DNA of 46,108 nucleotides from a virus (IMGVR_UViG_3300048629_000047:1-46108), one strand, 5' to 3'. Counted from the stretch's first letter, positions 17,230-26,899 are shown. Numbers and translations are program-made. The notes: generated by a model from the letters alone, not told the origin.

Positions 17230-18845
17230 CTGCTAAAAACCTTTCCGCCGGTTACCTCGTGATCGGTACCGCCTGAGCCTTTTACGAAAGTACTCGACGC
17301 CACGTTATGGAAAATCGAGCCGCCAAGCTCGGCATGGTTTCCGTAAACACCGGGCCAAGGCGCGCCGCCTCCGCCCTCAGCAACGCTGTTGATACAAATT
17401 ATTACCGCTCCTCTGGAAGCGTCTAAACCGTTAGTAGTATAAGCACCGACAATACTATTTTCTATTTGCAGCCGTGTGCCATTGCCGTACGCGACAACAG
17501 CAGAGCCTGTTCCCGTGTCGGCATAACAACTTGACAGCAGCACGTCTCTAGAAAAATCAGCTTTAACAAAATTACCCGTTGTAGCGTTAGATCCTCCAGC
17601 TATTAAATCTAGTATCACTCCTGTTTCACAACGCTCTATTTTGACCGCTGCTGTGAAAGACACTGTATCAAGAATCGTTGTCAAACCCGTCCCTGAACCG
17701 CCTGCACCTTTCAGCGTAACAGATCCCCGCCCGGTCAAATCTTTAAATTCGACGACCGGCGTTGCTGTGGTCCGCGTGATCGTCGTTCCGGGCAGATTTA
17801 ATCTAACGTGTACGTCAAGCGGTCGGGGGAGCGCCGCGATAAAATTTGTCATGTAGCGGGAGGTGTTGTCAGCGCCTTCGTTCGCGACCGTGACAAGATA
17901 AGGACTCGCCTTCGTGCCTGCGCCGGTGCCTGAAATAGCGAGCGCTTTGATTTGCGAAGAGTCACCAACGTTAACCGGCCCGCCGCTCAACGTCGCCATG
18001 TTCGCGCCTGTAGGTATCGCGTTATCGAGCTGAAAAAAAAGCAGCGTCGAATCGAACGACAAACTGTAAAGCGTGTTTTTTATTTTACCTAGAGTTGCGG
18101 TAATTAACAGCACATGCGAGTTGACCGTCGCGTTAAGCAAATAATCAATCCCTGTGTCCACCCCGCCGCCGTTATTTGTATTGGCTTTCAGGTCCGCGAT
18201 AGAGAAAAACTCCGAATCGTAACAGTAAACCCCGGTCGTCAACGTGTTAGTACCCAAACATTTGATCTCAATATCGTTCAGAGCAACTATCCGGCAAAAC
18301 TCTATTTTGAAAGCACGTGCGGCGACAGCGGTATTCACAGCAACGGTAAGAGTCCCGGTGTTGTGCTCGATTTTGACCGCGCAATTTTTAATCGAAACGA
18401 CGTCACCCGCTGCGGGAAGGTTGTTCGCCTGAATCGTAAACCCGCCGTTGATCTGAATCTTACCTCCACCGTGAATATCATGGATTTGGATCGGCGCTGT
18501 CGCGGTGCTTGTCCACGTGTACGTACCCGCCGCAATATTGATTGTGATCGTCGCGCCTTTGTGGATATAAGAAATCTTATCGAGCGCGTCGTTCATGGTC
18601 ACAAGTTGCGCAACGCTGCCGACAGTAATCGTCATGTTCTCGAAAACCATAATCCGGTCCATGTACGCGAGGTTGTTTTCAATCTCCGCAAAGATCCGCG
18701 CGGAGGCGCTATTCAAAGCGCCGAACGTGGTGGCGACCGCTGGCGTAGCCTCGCCCTTCACCGCGTCGGTAAGCTCGGGGATGTATTGATCGACGCGCCA
18801 ATACTTGCCGAAATCAGTTATTTTTGTACTGTCTGGTTTCCACAT
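17226..18845 (-). CDS. Tail fibre/tailspike with two beta-helix-like modules
   Basis: Follows gpI-like gene; TITINIAAGTY...GGGKIQING and VRLNLPGTT...GRGSVTLKG repeat a pectin-lyase-like start. Confidence 0.7.
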   Translation of the reverse strand: MWKPDSTKITDFGKYWRVDQYIPELTDAVKGEATPAVATTFGALNSASARIFAEIENNLAYMDRIMVFENMTITVGSVAQLVTMNDALDKISYIHKGATITINIAAGTYTWTSTATAPIQIHDIHGGGKIQINGGFTIQANNLPAAGDVVSIKNCAVKIEHNTGTLTVAVNTAVAARAFKIEFCRIVALNDIEIKCLGTNTLTTGVYCYDSEFFSIADLKANTNNGGGVDTGIDYLLNATVNSHVLLITATLGKIKNTLYSLSFDSTLLFFQLDNAIPTGANMATLSGGPVNVGDSSQIKALAISGTGAGTKASPYLVTVANEGADNTSRYMTNFIAALPRPLDVHVRLNLPGTTITRTTATPVVEFKDLTGRGSVTLKGAGGSGTGLTTILDTVSFTAAVKIERCETGVILDLIAGGSNATTGNFVKADFSRDVLLSSCYADTGTGSAVVAYGNGTRLQIENSIVGAYTTNGLDASRGAVIICINSVAEGGGGAPWPGVYGNHAELGGSIFHNVASSTFVKGSGGTDHEVTGGKVFSS

Positions 18846-18853
18846 TTTGTCCT

Positions 18854-19531
18854 CTACGAAAAACTGTAAATCGTTCGCGTCTGTCCCGCTGGGAAGCCCG
18901 GCGAGCGAACTTTCACCTGGTACAGCTCAACGCGCTCTTTTTTCAGCGCGTTCGCTACGGCAACAATAGCATCAAGCTGTTCATCGGGAGCCCCTACTGC
19001 CAGTAGATCGACCGTTGACGTCAGCTCGATATTAAAAAGCTGGTGCTCCAAATTGCCGCTATAATCTGCCTTGCCGTCATAGTTAAAAGTGCCGTCGTAG
19101 ATAATCGGGATGCTCACGTTCTCAGTAACAATCACGGACGTAAAACCGAAGGCCGTTAAACCCTTCTGAATACTGTACGCCAGTCCTTTTTTGCGCATGA
19201 TTTCGACAAGCGCCTTGAGCATGATCGCCTTGCGCTTTTGAACGGTATTGCCCGGCGCAACTAGATTAAACTTGCCAACGTACTCCCACGCGGTGAATCC
19301 TATCTGCTCGGCAAAGGCCTGCATCATGTCTTCAGACATGCTTTTATTTTGGATAGCGGTCCACAACAAAAGCGCTGAAAGCTTTACCCTCAGTGCTTTA
19401 AACGTAACCGACGATTCATAAAACACGCGAACAATCGATTCAATAAAACCCTTCACCGTGTCATTATTCGCGGCGGGGTTACCGTCGTAATCGCTCCACC
19501 CGAAGGCCTTCTTTAACGTGTCGCGGATCAT
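18854..19531 (-). CDS. Baseplate wedge protein, P2 gpI-like
   Basis: RKKGLAYSIQKGLTAFGF..V..TE and YDGTFNYDG motif; follows gpJ-like. Confidence 0.75.
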   Translation of the reverse strand: MIRDTLKKAFGWSDYDGNPAANNDTVKGFIESIVRVFYESSVTFKALRVKLSALLLWTAIQNKSMSEDMMQAFAEQIGFTAWEYVGKFNLVAPGNTVQKRKAIMLKALVEIMRKKGLAYSIQKGLTAFGFTSVIVTENVSIPIIYDGTFNYDGKADYSGNLEHQLFNIELTSTVDLLAVGAPDEQLDAIVAVANALKKERVELYQVKVRSPGFPAGQTRTIYSFS

Positions 19532-20964
19532 GTCAACACCGTCACGTTAACTGTCGGCACGGACGCGGTGAGGTACTCGTTTTTCGCGGAGGTGACAATA
19601 TCCTTGGCCGGTGCCGCGTCAAATTCGATTGTAGCGCTGTAGACACCGTCGAGGTTCGCAAGCGGACCTGACAACTTAGATTTGACCGCGTCTTTTGCGA
19701 GGTTGGACCTTAGATCGTCCAGGTATTCACTGATAAGCTGCTCCGCGCGCGCCTTTGTAGTCTCTGTGTTTCCTGTGCTGATAACAATGTCGCATTTTGA
19801 GATCGTGAACGACTTCGGCGCCGCGCAAGACACGGTAACGATGTCATTCAGCGGGCGCACTTTCGAATAACCGACGTCGGGGTTGAACGTCTGATTAACC
19901 CTGGACACCGCGTCCATGTACGTCGTCACAAAGTTCGCGGCATCGGTATCGTTCGTCGCCCCGGTAAGGTCCACACTGCCCGTCAAACCGCTCCCGCCCA
20001 CTTGTGTCAAGACTATCCCGGCACCGTTAACGTGCGAGCAGGTCGCAACCGCTGTTGTTTTCGCTGCGTCTTTGTACAGAGTAAACACGCGGACCGGCGC
20101 GCCTGTAAGGTTCCAATAAAGACGTCCGTGGTCCGTATTTGAAAGCGTTGCGCCGGTCAATGTGAGGTTACTTATCTGTACGCTCGCGTCACCGTAGACG
20201 ACGTTTTCGAAACTCATCGGCAAAACGTAAAGCGAGAACGCCCATCCTAATTTTTCAAGCTCGGCATCGAGCACCTTCACCGTCGCGGCCTTCGCCCAAA
20301 ACAAATAAGACTCGTAAGTCCCCGCCGTGGAGGAAGCGTCGAGCATGTGCTCAAGCCGGGAAAGGTAGCGCTCGTCTGCTTCTCCCGCTGTACCGCCTTC
20401 GGACTCGTTCACGTTCTCGACGCTGTCTATCACGCTGTAAATGCCGGACGGGTCGAGTAACGTTGTCATGTCACCGATTAAAATATCATTCGCAAGCGCG
20501 CCGCTGTTTGTGTTCGCGCCTATGTCGTTTCGCTCTTCGAGGACCAGCTCGCAAAAGTCAACGCCTGGAGGGATTATCGCGTCCTCAGTCACGTAAAAAG
20601 AAAAAGTGCCGTTGTCATTGAACCCAGTAACCACGGTATTTTTCTTGATCGTGTAGTAAGACTCAAGCGTCGCCGTGAAGTTAAAACGGACGGTGCACGT
20701 CGCCGGTGTGCTCGCCAAACGCGCGCCGTCAGTGCCTCCCATGGACGCGCCGTAATCATCGAGCTGCTGACCGCTCATGTACTTGAGAAAAATTTGGTTC
20801 GAGGCGTCAAGCCACTCAGAACCCCAGTTGTAGATCTCGCCTGAGAAGATTTGCAGCATCAAACGTTCGGCGTCGAAACGCTCCAGGGCGTAACCGGTCT
20901 TCGCCTCGAACGCCGCCTTCGCGCGCTCGAAAATGGTGTTAAAATCTAGACTAAAGATCGGCAT
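19528..20964 (-). CDS. Baseplate J-like protein
   Basis: QLDDYG...RL..TPA, SEGGTAGEADERYLSRL, STAGTYESYLFWAK, VRPLND.V.V. Confidence 0.9.
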   Translation of the reverse strand: MPIFSLDFNTIFERAKAAFEAKTGYALERFDAERLMLQIFSGEIYNWGSEWLDASNQIFLKYMSGQQLDDYGASMGGTDGARLASTPATCTVRFNFTATLESYYTIKKNTVVTGFNDNGTFSFYVTEDAIIPPGVDFCELVLEERNDIGANTNSGALANDILIGDMTTLLDPSGIYSVIDSVENVNESEGGTAGEADERYLSRLEHMLDASSTAGTYESYLFWAKAATVKVLDAELEKLGWAFSLYVLPMSFENVVYGDASVQISNLTLTGATLSNTDHGRLYWNLTGAPVRVFTLYKDAAKTTAVATCSHVNGAGIVLTQVGGSGLTGSVDLTGATNDTDAANFVTTYMDAVSRVNQTFNPDVGYSKVRPLNDIVTVSCAAPKSFTISKCDIVISTGNTETTKARAEQLISEYLDDLRSNLAKDAVKSKLSGPLANLDGVYSATIEFDAAPAKDIVTSAKNEYLTASVPTVNVTVLT

Positions 20965-21328
20965 CGTTAAAAGTCTCCGGGGGCGTGGGAGGCGCGCCGT
21001 GATTGAACTTTACAGCTATTGACTGCTTGATTGCGGAGTAGTCGAGGACGTACGAGACGAACAACTTTAGCAGCTCGACAATCGAATACCTCAACACAAT
21101 GAGCTTGGTTAAAATTGCCCTGGACCTAATCGCCGCGAACACGTCGTTTCTGTCAATCTGTTGATACAGCGTTGTGCCCTCGCCGCTGTAAGGCACTGAT
21201 AGCGCGGGCGTCGTGGCTTCTCTGAGGATTCCTTTTGAGCAACGAAAGTGTCTTTCGAAATCGTCGCCACCTAGTTCCTCGAACGACAACCGCCTGAAAC
21301 TTGCTGCTTGTGTCTGCGGTGTCGTCAT
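20951..21328 (-). CDS. Probable baseplate W / gp25-like sheath initiator
   Basis: Size, position upstream of J, SVPY..EG..L...ID motif. Confidence 0.55.
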   Translation of the reverse strand: MTTPQTQAASFRRLSFEELGGDDFERHFRCSKGILREATTPALSVPYSGEGTTLYQQIDRNDVFAAIRSRAILTKLIVLRYSIVELLKLFVSYVLDYSAIKQSIAVKFNHGAPPTPPETFNDADL

Positions 21329-21510
21329 TACGTTTTGTCCTTTACGAGGTCGATAAATTTTTCAAATAGCACCGAAAAGTAATCAACAGGCATAGCCATG
21401 AAATCATCATAGTTAAGCGCAACACCGCTTGACCAAAGGGTCGCGTGAATCTCTGCAGCCTGGTCTTCGGTTAAACAAGGAACCTTGCCAACTTCGCCCA
21501 GACAGTTTGA
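21328..21510 (-). CDS. Frameshift extension of the tail assembly chaperone (gpGT / P2 E+E'-like)
   Basis: -1 frame after T TTT TTT (21516-21510) reads SNCLGEV...LWSSGVALNYDDFMAMPVDYFSVLFEKFIDLVKDKT*, and its stop overlaps the next ATG. Confidence 0.75.
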   Translation of the reverse strand, partial: SNCLGEVGKVPCLTEDQAAEIHATLWSSGVALNYDDFMAMPVDYFSVLFEKFIDLVKDKT

Positions 21511-21848
21511 AAAAAAGATTCGTCAAGCGCCTCTATCTGTGTGCAATCCCACTTCTCGCCGTCGAAAGTAAGCATCACGGAAGCCTTGGCGATCATCGTC
21601 TCCATCGTCGAAGGCTCATAACCGTCCAGGTTTTTACCGTAGTAAGCTTTCGCAACGCGAGTAGCCAAAACGCTGTCAGCCATACGAGCCTTACGCGAGA
21701 GACGAACCTTCGGAAAAATTTTAACATTTGCTTCTTCAAAACCTTCCTCGATATCCACGTCCCACCCGTGATCTTCAAGTTCTTGATCGATCACATCCTT
21801 GGTCTCTTCGAGCACTGCGCGTGCTTCCTTTAATTTGTTCCCACTCAT
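21471..21848 (-). CDS. Tail assembly chaperone
   Basis: Directly downstream of tube gene; slippery site near 3' end. Confidence 0.75.
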   Translation of the reverse strand: MSGNKLKEARAVLEETKDVIDQELEDHGWDVDIEEGFEEANVKIFPKVRLSRKARMADSVLATRVAKAYYGKNLDGYEPSTMETMIAKASVMLTFDGEKWDCTQIEALDESFFQTVWAKLARFLV

Positions 21849-21854
21849 TTTAAA

Positions 21855-22397
21855 CTACCCTCCGAGAATGTTTTGAACAGCGCTCAACAGGTCCACGCTG
21901 TCGATTTTGAACTTGCTGTTTACAAAGTCGAAATCAATCACGTTGAGAAAATTGACGTCCACCTTGTAGCTCAGCATTTTGAACTTTGCGGTAAGCTCGC
22001 GCTTCGCGCCCTGCTTGATTGTCCCGTCGTCGACAGCGTAAAACTGCGCGCCGATTGTGTACGTGACCGGCATCGGCAGAAACTGCCCGAGCTGGGGATT
22101 GAGCGAATTTTGAGCAATCGCGATTTTGAACGATTGAAGCTTGGTTGCGTCCATAAGCTTGCCGAGCAAACGTCCGTCCATCGATTCGACTTTCACCTCG
22201 CCGTCGCCGTCGGGCTGCCGCCTCCAGGGGTTGGCGACTTCAATCTCGCCACCTGTCGAGGTGTTATCAAAGGTTTCTGTCGCCGACGAGACGCCGGGAA
22301 CCTTAACTTCTGCAATATATGGCATCGGGTCGCCGTCGAAAAAAATCGACATAGCCGCGACCTGGAAGCCTTTTGTGAGTTCTAATGACGTGGCCAT
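21855..22397 (-). CDS. Contractile tail tube protein (P2 FII-like)
   Basis: EVKVP, GGEIEV, YKVDVN...IDFDFVN...IDSVDLL; follows sheath. Confidence 0.85.
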   Translation of the reverse strand: MATSLELTKGFQVAAMSIFFDGDPMPYIAEVKVPGVSSATETFDNTSTGGEIEVANPWRRQPDGDGEVKVESMDGRLLGKLMDATKLQSFKIAIAQNSLNPQLGQFLPMPVTYTIGAQFYAVDDGTIKQGAKRELTAKFKMLSYKVDVNFLNVIDFDFVNSKFKIDSVDLLSAVQNILGG

Positions 22398-22416
22398 TTT
22401 TATCTATCCTTTCGAC

Positions 22417-23910
22417 TTAACCGAAAACGGTTTCGAAGTAGTTGAGGTCAACCTGAATCTCTACGTCCGTCTGCCCCATCGGCTCCGGCCCGAGTATGTA
22501 CAACCTGAACTTGACGTACTGGGAAAGGTCCGGGTTATCGTCGGGGTCGAAGACCAGTTCCCAACCAAGCAGCTTGCCTTTGCTTACCTGCTGCGCGCCG
22601 AACGTGTTCCACTTGTCGACGACATCGCCCGCAAGAATTTTGTTGAAATTCCTGTCGGTGTTTTTGATCCAAATGTCTTTTGTGATCAACTGGACCAGGT
22701 AAACGATTATGTCATCCTGATTCGTCGAATCCTTTTTCAGGTCCGTTGCTGTTCCGTTGTAGTAGCTCGTCTTGGTGCCCCAAAGATTCCAACCCTGGTC
22801 CGCCAAGTTCAACGATACCGTGATGATCCCGTGTTCGTTAATTGCGTTCGGCGGAACGGGGAAACTCAGTTTGTTGTTCGGCGTGTAGTTTTCGAGCAAC
22901 CGATTCGAAGGGCTCACACCTGGGAAACCATTCGCGGCAACTTCGGCTGACTGCAACCCTAGGAACCAGTCAGAGAGGAGCTGCTCGGTGTGTCCGGTAA
23001 CCGCGCCCTCACCGAAGAACACGCGCCCGTACTCGCTGCGCACGTTAACGTCCGCGTAGATCTGAGTGAGGTCCGGCGTACCTGCCGCAACCGAAGTGTT
23101 GTAGTCGGTCTCGTCAATGTCATAGACGAACCGCGTCTTAAACACCGTGTTGAGGTCACCTGCGATTGCGAGCAACGCTGCGCGTATATCAGCGGGGACC
23201 GTAGTTGCGCCGGTGCTTTTCTGCGAGTAGTAGGGGCAGTGTACCCAGCCCGGCAGCTTACCCGCGCCGAGCTCTGTCATGATGTTGTTAACACCGTCAA
23301 TCGCGGTCGTGAGGTGCGCGGTCGTGACCTTGGTACCGTCAACGTAGTCATAGTCAGCGTCAACGGTCTCGTTTGCTAAAATAGCGCCGGTCGCTATTCG
23401 AGTAACTTCGATCTTGCCCGTGGAGGTGCTGCGCTCAAGACTGTAGTCAATGCCGAGTACGTAGGTCACTGCGCCCGCCGTGTTTGTGATCACAACGGTA
23501 TCAATCAAGATCGGTGTCTCTACCAGCTCTTGTGTCTGACCTGCGCCAGGCGCGAACGCGGGGACGTGCTCATTAGCAATTGAGGTAATGTGTATCGTTG
23601 GATCGAACACGTTGTAAATGAGCACCGGGCGAACTCCGAACGTCTGCATCAACGTCTGGACGCTCTTTGGAGTGGGGAACAAAGCGCGTGCGAGTTGCCC
23701 GGTGCCCCAGAATTCTGTAAATCCATAGGCGCTCTTGTAGTCTTCCCAGCTAGTGCACTCGTACCATTCTTTCGGCTTGCCTTTGGTCGGATTTGTATCT
23801 TTGTCAACGGGAAAAAAACCGACCATTGCGGTCAACTCTGAATCGACCTTGATCGGCGGCTGGCCTTTTGTCGGACCTGCGTAAACGTTAACGCCGTGTG
23901 TGACTGTCAT
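22417..23910 (-). CDS. Tail sheath protein
   Basis: HGVNV, NVFDP..H, SPSNR, GWNLWG, FDPDDNP motifs. Confidence 0.9.
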   Translation of the reverse strand: MTVTHGVNVYAGPTKGQPPIKVDSELTAMVGFFPVDKDTNPTKGKPKEWYECTSWEDYKSAYGFTEFWGTGQLARALFPTPKSVQTLMQTFGVRPVLIYNVFDPTIHITSIANEHVPAFAPGAGQTQELVETPILIDTVVITNTAGAVTYVLGIDYSLERSTSTGKIEVTRIATGAILANETVDADYDYVDGTKVTTAHLTTAIDGVNNIMTELGAGKLPGWVHCPYYSQKSTGATTVPADIRAALLAIAGDLNTVFKTRFVYDIDETDYNTSVAAGTPDLTQIYADVNVRSEYGRVFFGEGAVTGHTEQLLSDWFLGLQSAEVAANGFPGVSPSNRLLENYTPNNKLSFPVPPNAINEHGIITVSLNLADQGWNLWGTKTSYYNGTATDLKKDSTNQDDIIVYLVQLITKDIWIKNTDRNFNKILAGDVVDKWNTFGAQQVSKGKLLGWELVFDPDDNPDLSQYVKFRLYILGPEPMGQTDVEIQVDLNYFETVFG

Positions 23911-24488
23911 GACGGTTTATCTCCTGTTCGAGGCGGCATCTTGTCCCCGCCGTTAAAGTAAACGTCGCCGATAAAGTGTTGTTCGGCTCTGTATCCGTTT
24001 TTATCTTCGTGCTCAAAAACCACGTCACTGTTGGGATCGCGTTCGAGCATCACAATCAAACCAAGTGCGGGACCGTGTTCGAGGGGGTTCGGGAGGTCCT
24101 CCCCGTGACCGTTGGTAACAAGGTCTAGTGACCGCCCCGAAAACGCCTCACCCAAAATCGGAATCCTGAATGGCTGTGAAAACAACGTGGCGTTGCGTCG
24201 AGCTTGCTCGATGAATTCGCCGCGCCACATTTCGCCGGAAGAATGCGAACGATAGATAACCCGCACGGGCAGTGCTTGATCGTAACCCTCGATATATTTC
24301 CCGCCGTCCGCAAAACGATAAAACGTGTCCGTGTTAATCCCGAACGTGCCGCGCGGCTCTTGCCAAAAATTACGTACACCTACAACGTACCTGTCGCCCT
24401 TGATATTCGCGGGCGACGGCTCAACCTCGGCTTTGACGCCTCCGCTGAACACGGTCAGGTACTCTGCAAGGTAACGCGGGATGTCCAT
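23907..24488 (-). CDS. Probable tail terminator/completion protein
   Basis: Position just upstream of sheath only. Confidence 0.5.
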   Translation of the reverse strand: MDIPRYLAEYLTVFSGGVKAEVEPSPANIKGDRYVVGVRNFWQEPRGTFGINTDTFYRFADGGKYIEGYDQALPVRVIYRSHSSGEMWRGEFIEQARRNATLFSQPFRIPILGEAFSGRSLDLVTNGHGEDLPNPLEHGPALGLIVMLERDPNSDVVFEHEDKNGYRAEQHFIGDVYFNGGDKMPPRTGDKPS

Positions 24489-24490
24489 GA

Positions 24491-24655
24491 TTACTTATCA
24501 GCCTTTTTGGTCTTCTTGTCGGTCGGTAGTTTGTAATCCGGTGACACCTCGAACGCACGAAAGCCTTTAGCCGTGCGCTTCACAGCGTCTGCGTTGTTAT
24601 CAGCTTTTACCAGGACGGCGATGTCGTCGGTCCTGTGCACTTTAAAAATTCTCAT
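24491..24655 (-). CDS. 54-aa basic hypothetical protein (not in ORF track)
   Basis: MRIFKVHRTDDIAVLVKADNNADAVKRTAKGFRAFEVSPDYKLPTDKKTKKADK fills the gap with ATGA coupling. Confidence 0.65.
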   Translation of the reverse strand: MRIFKVHRTDDIAVLVKADNNADAVKRTAKGFRAFEVSPDYKLPTDKKTKKADK

Positions 24656-25122
24656 GATGCTCTTGCCTTTCTAAGGGCCTTGCTCCAATGCCAGCGAATA
24701 GCTCGATAGATGTAATCGCCCTTCGGCATCGTTAAAAACCTGCGTTGCGGCGCGTGTGGTACGCGGCCTTGCTCGTGATAGGCCATGTAGCCGTCCGGGA
24801 CTCCGACCTCAACCGCTTTGTTAAACAACACGCGGTAACTCACTTGCCGCAAGCCTATCCCGGTATCAACAAGCGTTATCCCCTTGTATTTACCTTTGCC
24901 GTACTTGCGGCGGCGGGCGAGTACGCCCTCGGTTGTCTTCGGCGTGACCTTGTTTTTTACGAGCTTCTCAGTAGTCAGCTTCACGCCTTGTTTGCCGATG
25001 TCGTCAAGGACGTTGTTCATGTTTGCTGCCGAGTATTTCAACATCATCAACGCCGCTGCGATGGTGCCAGCGTCGTTCGCGTCTTCGGGAGCGAGCCCGT
25101 GAAATTCTACCTCGGCGCTCAT
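24652..25122 (-). CDS. Virion morphogenesis protein (Mu gpG / P2 gpS-like)
   Basis: TLVDTG.GLRQVSY, VEVG, YMAYHEQG, PQRRFL. Confidence 0.8.
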   Translation of the reverse strand: MSAEVEFHGLAPEDANDAGTIAAALMMLKYSAANMNNVLDDIGKQGVKLTTEKLVKNKVTPKTTEGVLARRRKYGKGKYKGITLVDTGIGLRQVSYRVLFNKAVEVGVPDGYMAYHEQGRVPHAPQRRFLTMPKGDYIYRAIRWHWSKALRKARAS

Positions 25123-25646
25123 TCGTAACCTCCGAGGTAATCAGTGATTTCGCTTTCGCTCATAACGTCGATTTCAAAAACCGCCTCCAGGTTATCGCTC
25201 CCAACACCGCCACCGTTGCCTGAATCCGGGTCCGCCGCGTTGCCGACGATAGCCAAGATCATTTCCTTAGCCTCTTTAAGCAAATGCGCGCCGGACTCAA
25301 CCAGGCCGGAGGCTTGCCACAAATTAGCGATTGATAGCTGTATCAACGCTTCGAAAATGGCCATGAAAAGATCACTGTCGACGCCTTGCGCATCGTACGC
25401 GGCCCGCACGGTTGCGAGCTCTGCAAGGTCCCCGACGACAAGGTTACCAAAGGTCGCTTCTGTAAAACCTGTCAGCGTATCGATAGTCCCCGACTGATAA
25501 AAGCGCCCCCAGATCCAGGCGCGGGCTGAACCAACGGCATCGTGACCGAGCGAGGCGATCTTCTCCTGGAGGAGGTATTCGCCGTCTTCTACAAAGAGCC
25601 TGTTAGCTACAATGTAGTCGATCAAATTGCCGTTGGTTATCGCCAC
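25119..25646 (-). CDS. Probable head-tail adaptor
   Basis: Helical protein between capsid and gpG-like genes. Confidence 0.55.
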   Translation of the reverse strand: MAITNGNLIDYIVANRLFVEDGEYLLQEKIASLGHDAVGSARAWIWGRFYQSGTIDTLTGFTEATFGNLVVGDLAELATVRAAYDAQGVDSDLFMAIFEALIQLSIANLWQASGLVESGAHLLKEAKEMILAIVGNAADPDSGNGGGVGSDNLEAVFEIDVMSESEITDYLGGYE

Positions 25647-25858
25647 TAGATTTTCTCAACCTTTTTGATGTCGGGCTTTCGGCCAATAACCGCGCAGGTT
25701 ATCGCGATTGCCTCTTTTTCCGAACCTGCCGAAACAAGCTCGAAGCGGTCCTCAAAAAATACTCTGTATGTTTTTTCTTCGTTTTGGGAATCACCCTCAA
25801 GCGCGGAAACAGTCGCGCTTGAGGGGTTCTCCAATTTATATTTTCTTGGGCGTCCCAC
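25646..25858 (-). CDS. Small hypothetical protein after capsid
   Basis: SD GGAGG; starts MGRPRK. Confidence 0.7.
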   Translation of the reverse strand: MGRPRKYKLENPSSATVSALEGDSQNEEKTYRVFFEDRFELVSAGSEKEAIAITCAVIGRKPDIKKVEKI

Positions 25859-25868
25859 TCTTTACCTC

Positions 25869-26888
25869 CTAAGAAATTACCGCGTTGCTGTCGACCATGG
25901 CCTCGGGACTGAACAGGCCGACAGGCCGCCACTGGACCATGATGTCCACGAACTCGCCGCCCGGGTCCTGGACCTGATTGATGAGCACGAATTTCTGTCC
26001 CCCGATGGCTTTGAGGTTTTCGAGTTCCAGGGATACCATCGTGGCGGGCGCGCTTGTGTCGATCATCCGCATCTTCTTTGCGGGGATTGCGTTACCTGCG
26101 GCCTGCGTCTCCGGGTCGACCAAGTCGCCGTCGAATTTCTTGATCGTGTAAGAGCCTACCTGCAACGTGTCGATGTCAATCCTCTTGCCACCGATTACGC
26201 TGTTGTTTGTCTTGCCGTCCAGGAGGTTGAAAATCGCATTCCATACCGCCGTGCGTGCGTAGATTACGATTGCGTTCGGGTTGCGGAAGTAGTTGCGATA
26301 AGCAACGGCCTTGCCTTTTTCTCGCATCGCGTCGAGGTGAACAACCACGTCAGCGAGCGTCGCGCCCGCAGCATCAAAGAGCGTGCCTGGCGCGCCGGTC
26401 GCGGGCATCGTCCCAAGACTGTAAACGTTGGTACCGTAGGCACCATCGAGCAGCATCTTGTAAGAGCAATTGCCGGTGGTGAGAAAGTGTCGCGCAAACC
26501 ATTCCATGTTCATCGTGATCGTCTCTTTGATAAACGTCACGTGCTCGGCCAACCAAGCCTTGTACTCTTTGCCTTTGAGGTTCTTAGCGGCTTTGAAAGC
26601 CTTCGCCTCTAAGCGCTGGTGAGCCTTGAACGGCGGGGTTGTGATACTGTCGAGCGTTCCCGACTTGCCGGAGATAGCGACACCGCGCCCGGCCTGCGGG
26701 CTGAACGGCACGGCCTGGATTGTCTGCGCGACAAGTTCACGCGAAACGTGATCACTTGGCACCGTACGCTTGCGTTTGAAAACGTTGGTCATCATTTCTT
26801 GCGGTTCGGTTTTGATCTCTCCGAGGACCTGCAAAAGAAGTTCCGGTTTAATTTTCAGAGCCGGATCGATAGTTGTTACAAAACTCAT
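25869..26888 (-). CDS. Major capsid protein (lambda gpE-like)
   Basis: 339 aa after protease and decoration genes; AVPFSPQAGRG, EWFARHFLTTG, QDPGG...VQWRP. Confidence 0.8.
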   Translation of the reverse strand: MSFVTTIDPALKIKPELLLQVLGEIKTEPQEMMTNVFKRKRTVPSDHVSRELVAQTIQAVPFSPQAGRGVAISGKSGTLDSITTPPFKAHQRLEAKAFKAAKNLKGKEYKAWLAEHVTFIKETITMNMEWFARHFLTTGNCSYKMLLDGAYGTNVYSLGTMPATGAPGTLFDAAGATLADVVVHLDAMREKGKAVAYRNYFRNPNAIVIYARTAVWNAIFNLLDGKTNNSVIGGKRIDIDTLQVGSYTIKKFDGDLVDPETQAAGNAIPAKKMRMIDTSAPATMVSLELENLKAIGGQKFVLINQVQDPGGEFVDIMVQWRPVGLFSPEAMVDSNAVIS

Positions 26889-26899
26889 TTAAGGACCTC

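Noticed and set aside
7010-18845. Diversity-generating retroelement or invertible fibre cassette
   Set aside because: No reverse transcriptase, template/variable repeat pair or invertase recognised.
23812-23818. T TTT TTT in sheath (and T TTT TTC in tube, 22338-22345) as programmed frameshifts
   Set aside because: Near gene starts; -1 frames stop within a few to about a dozen codons; explained by Phe-Phe codons.
25665-26612. Long antisense ORFs (this 315-aa one, 22141-22950, 18114-18869, 32309-33040 and others)
   Set aside because: Lie opposite well-supported genes; typical shadows of codon bias with no recognisable motifs.
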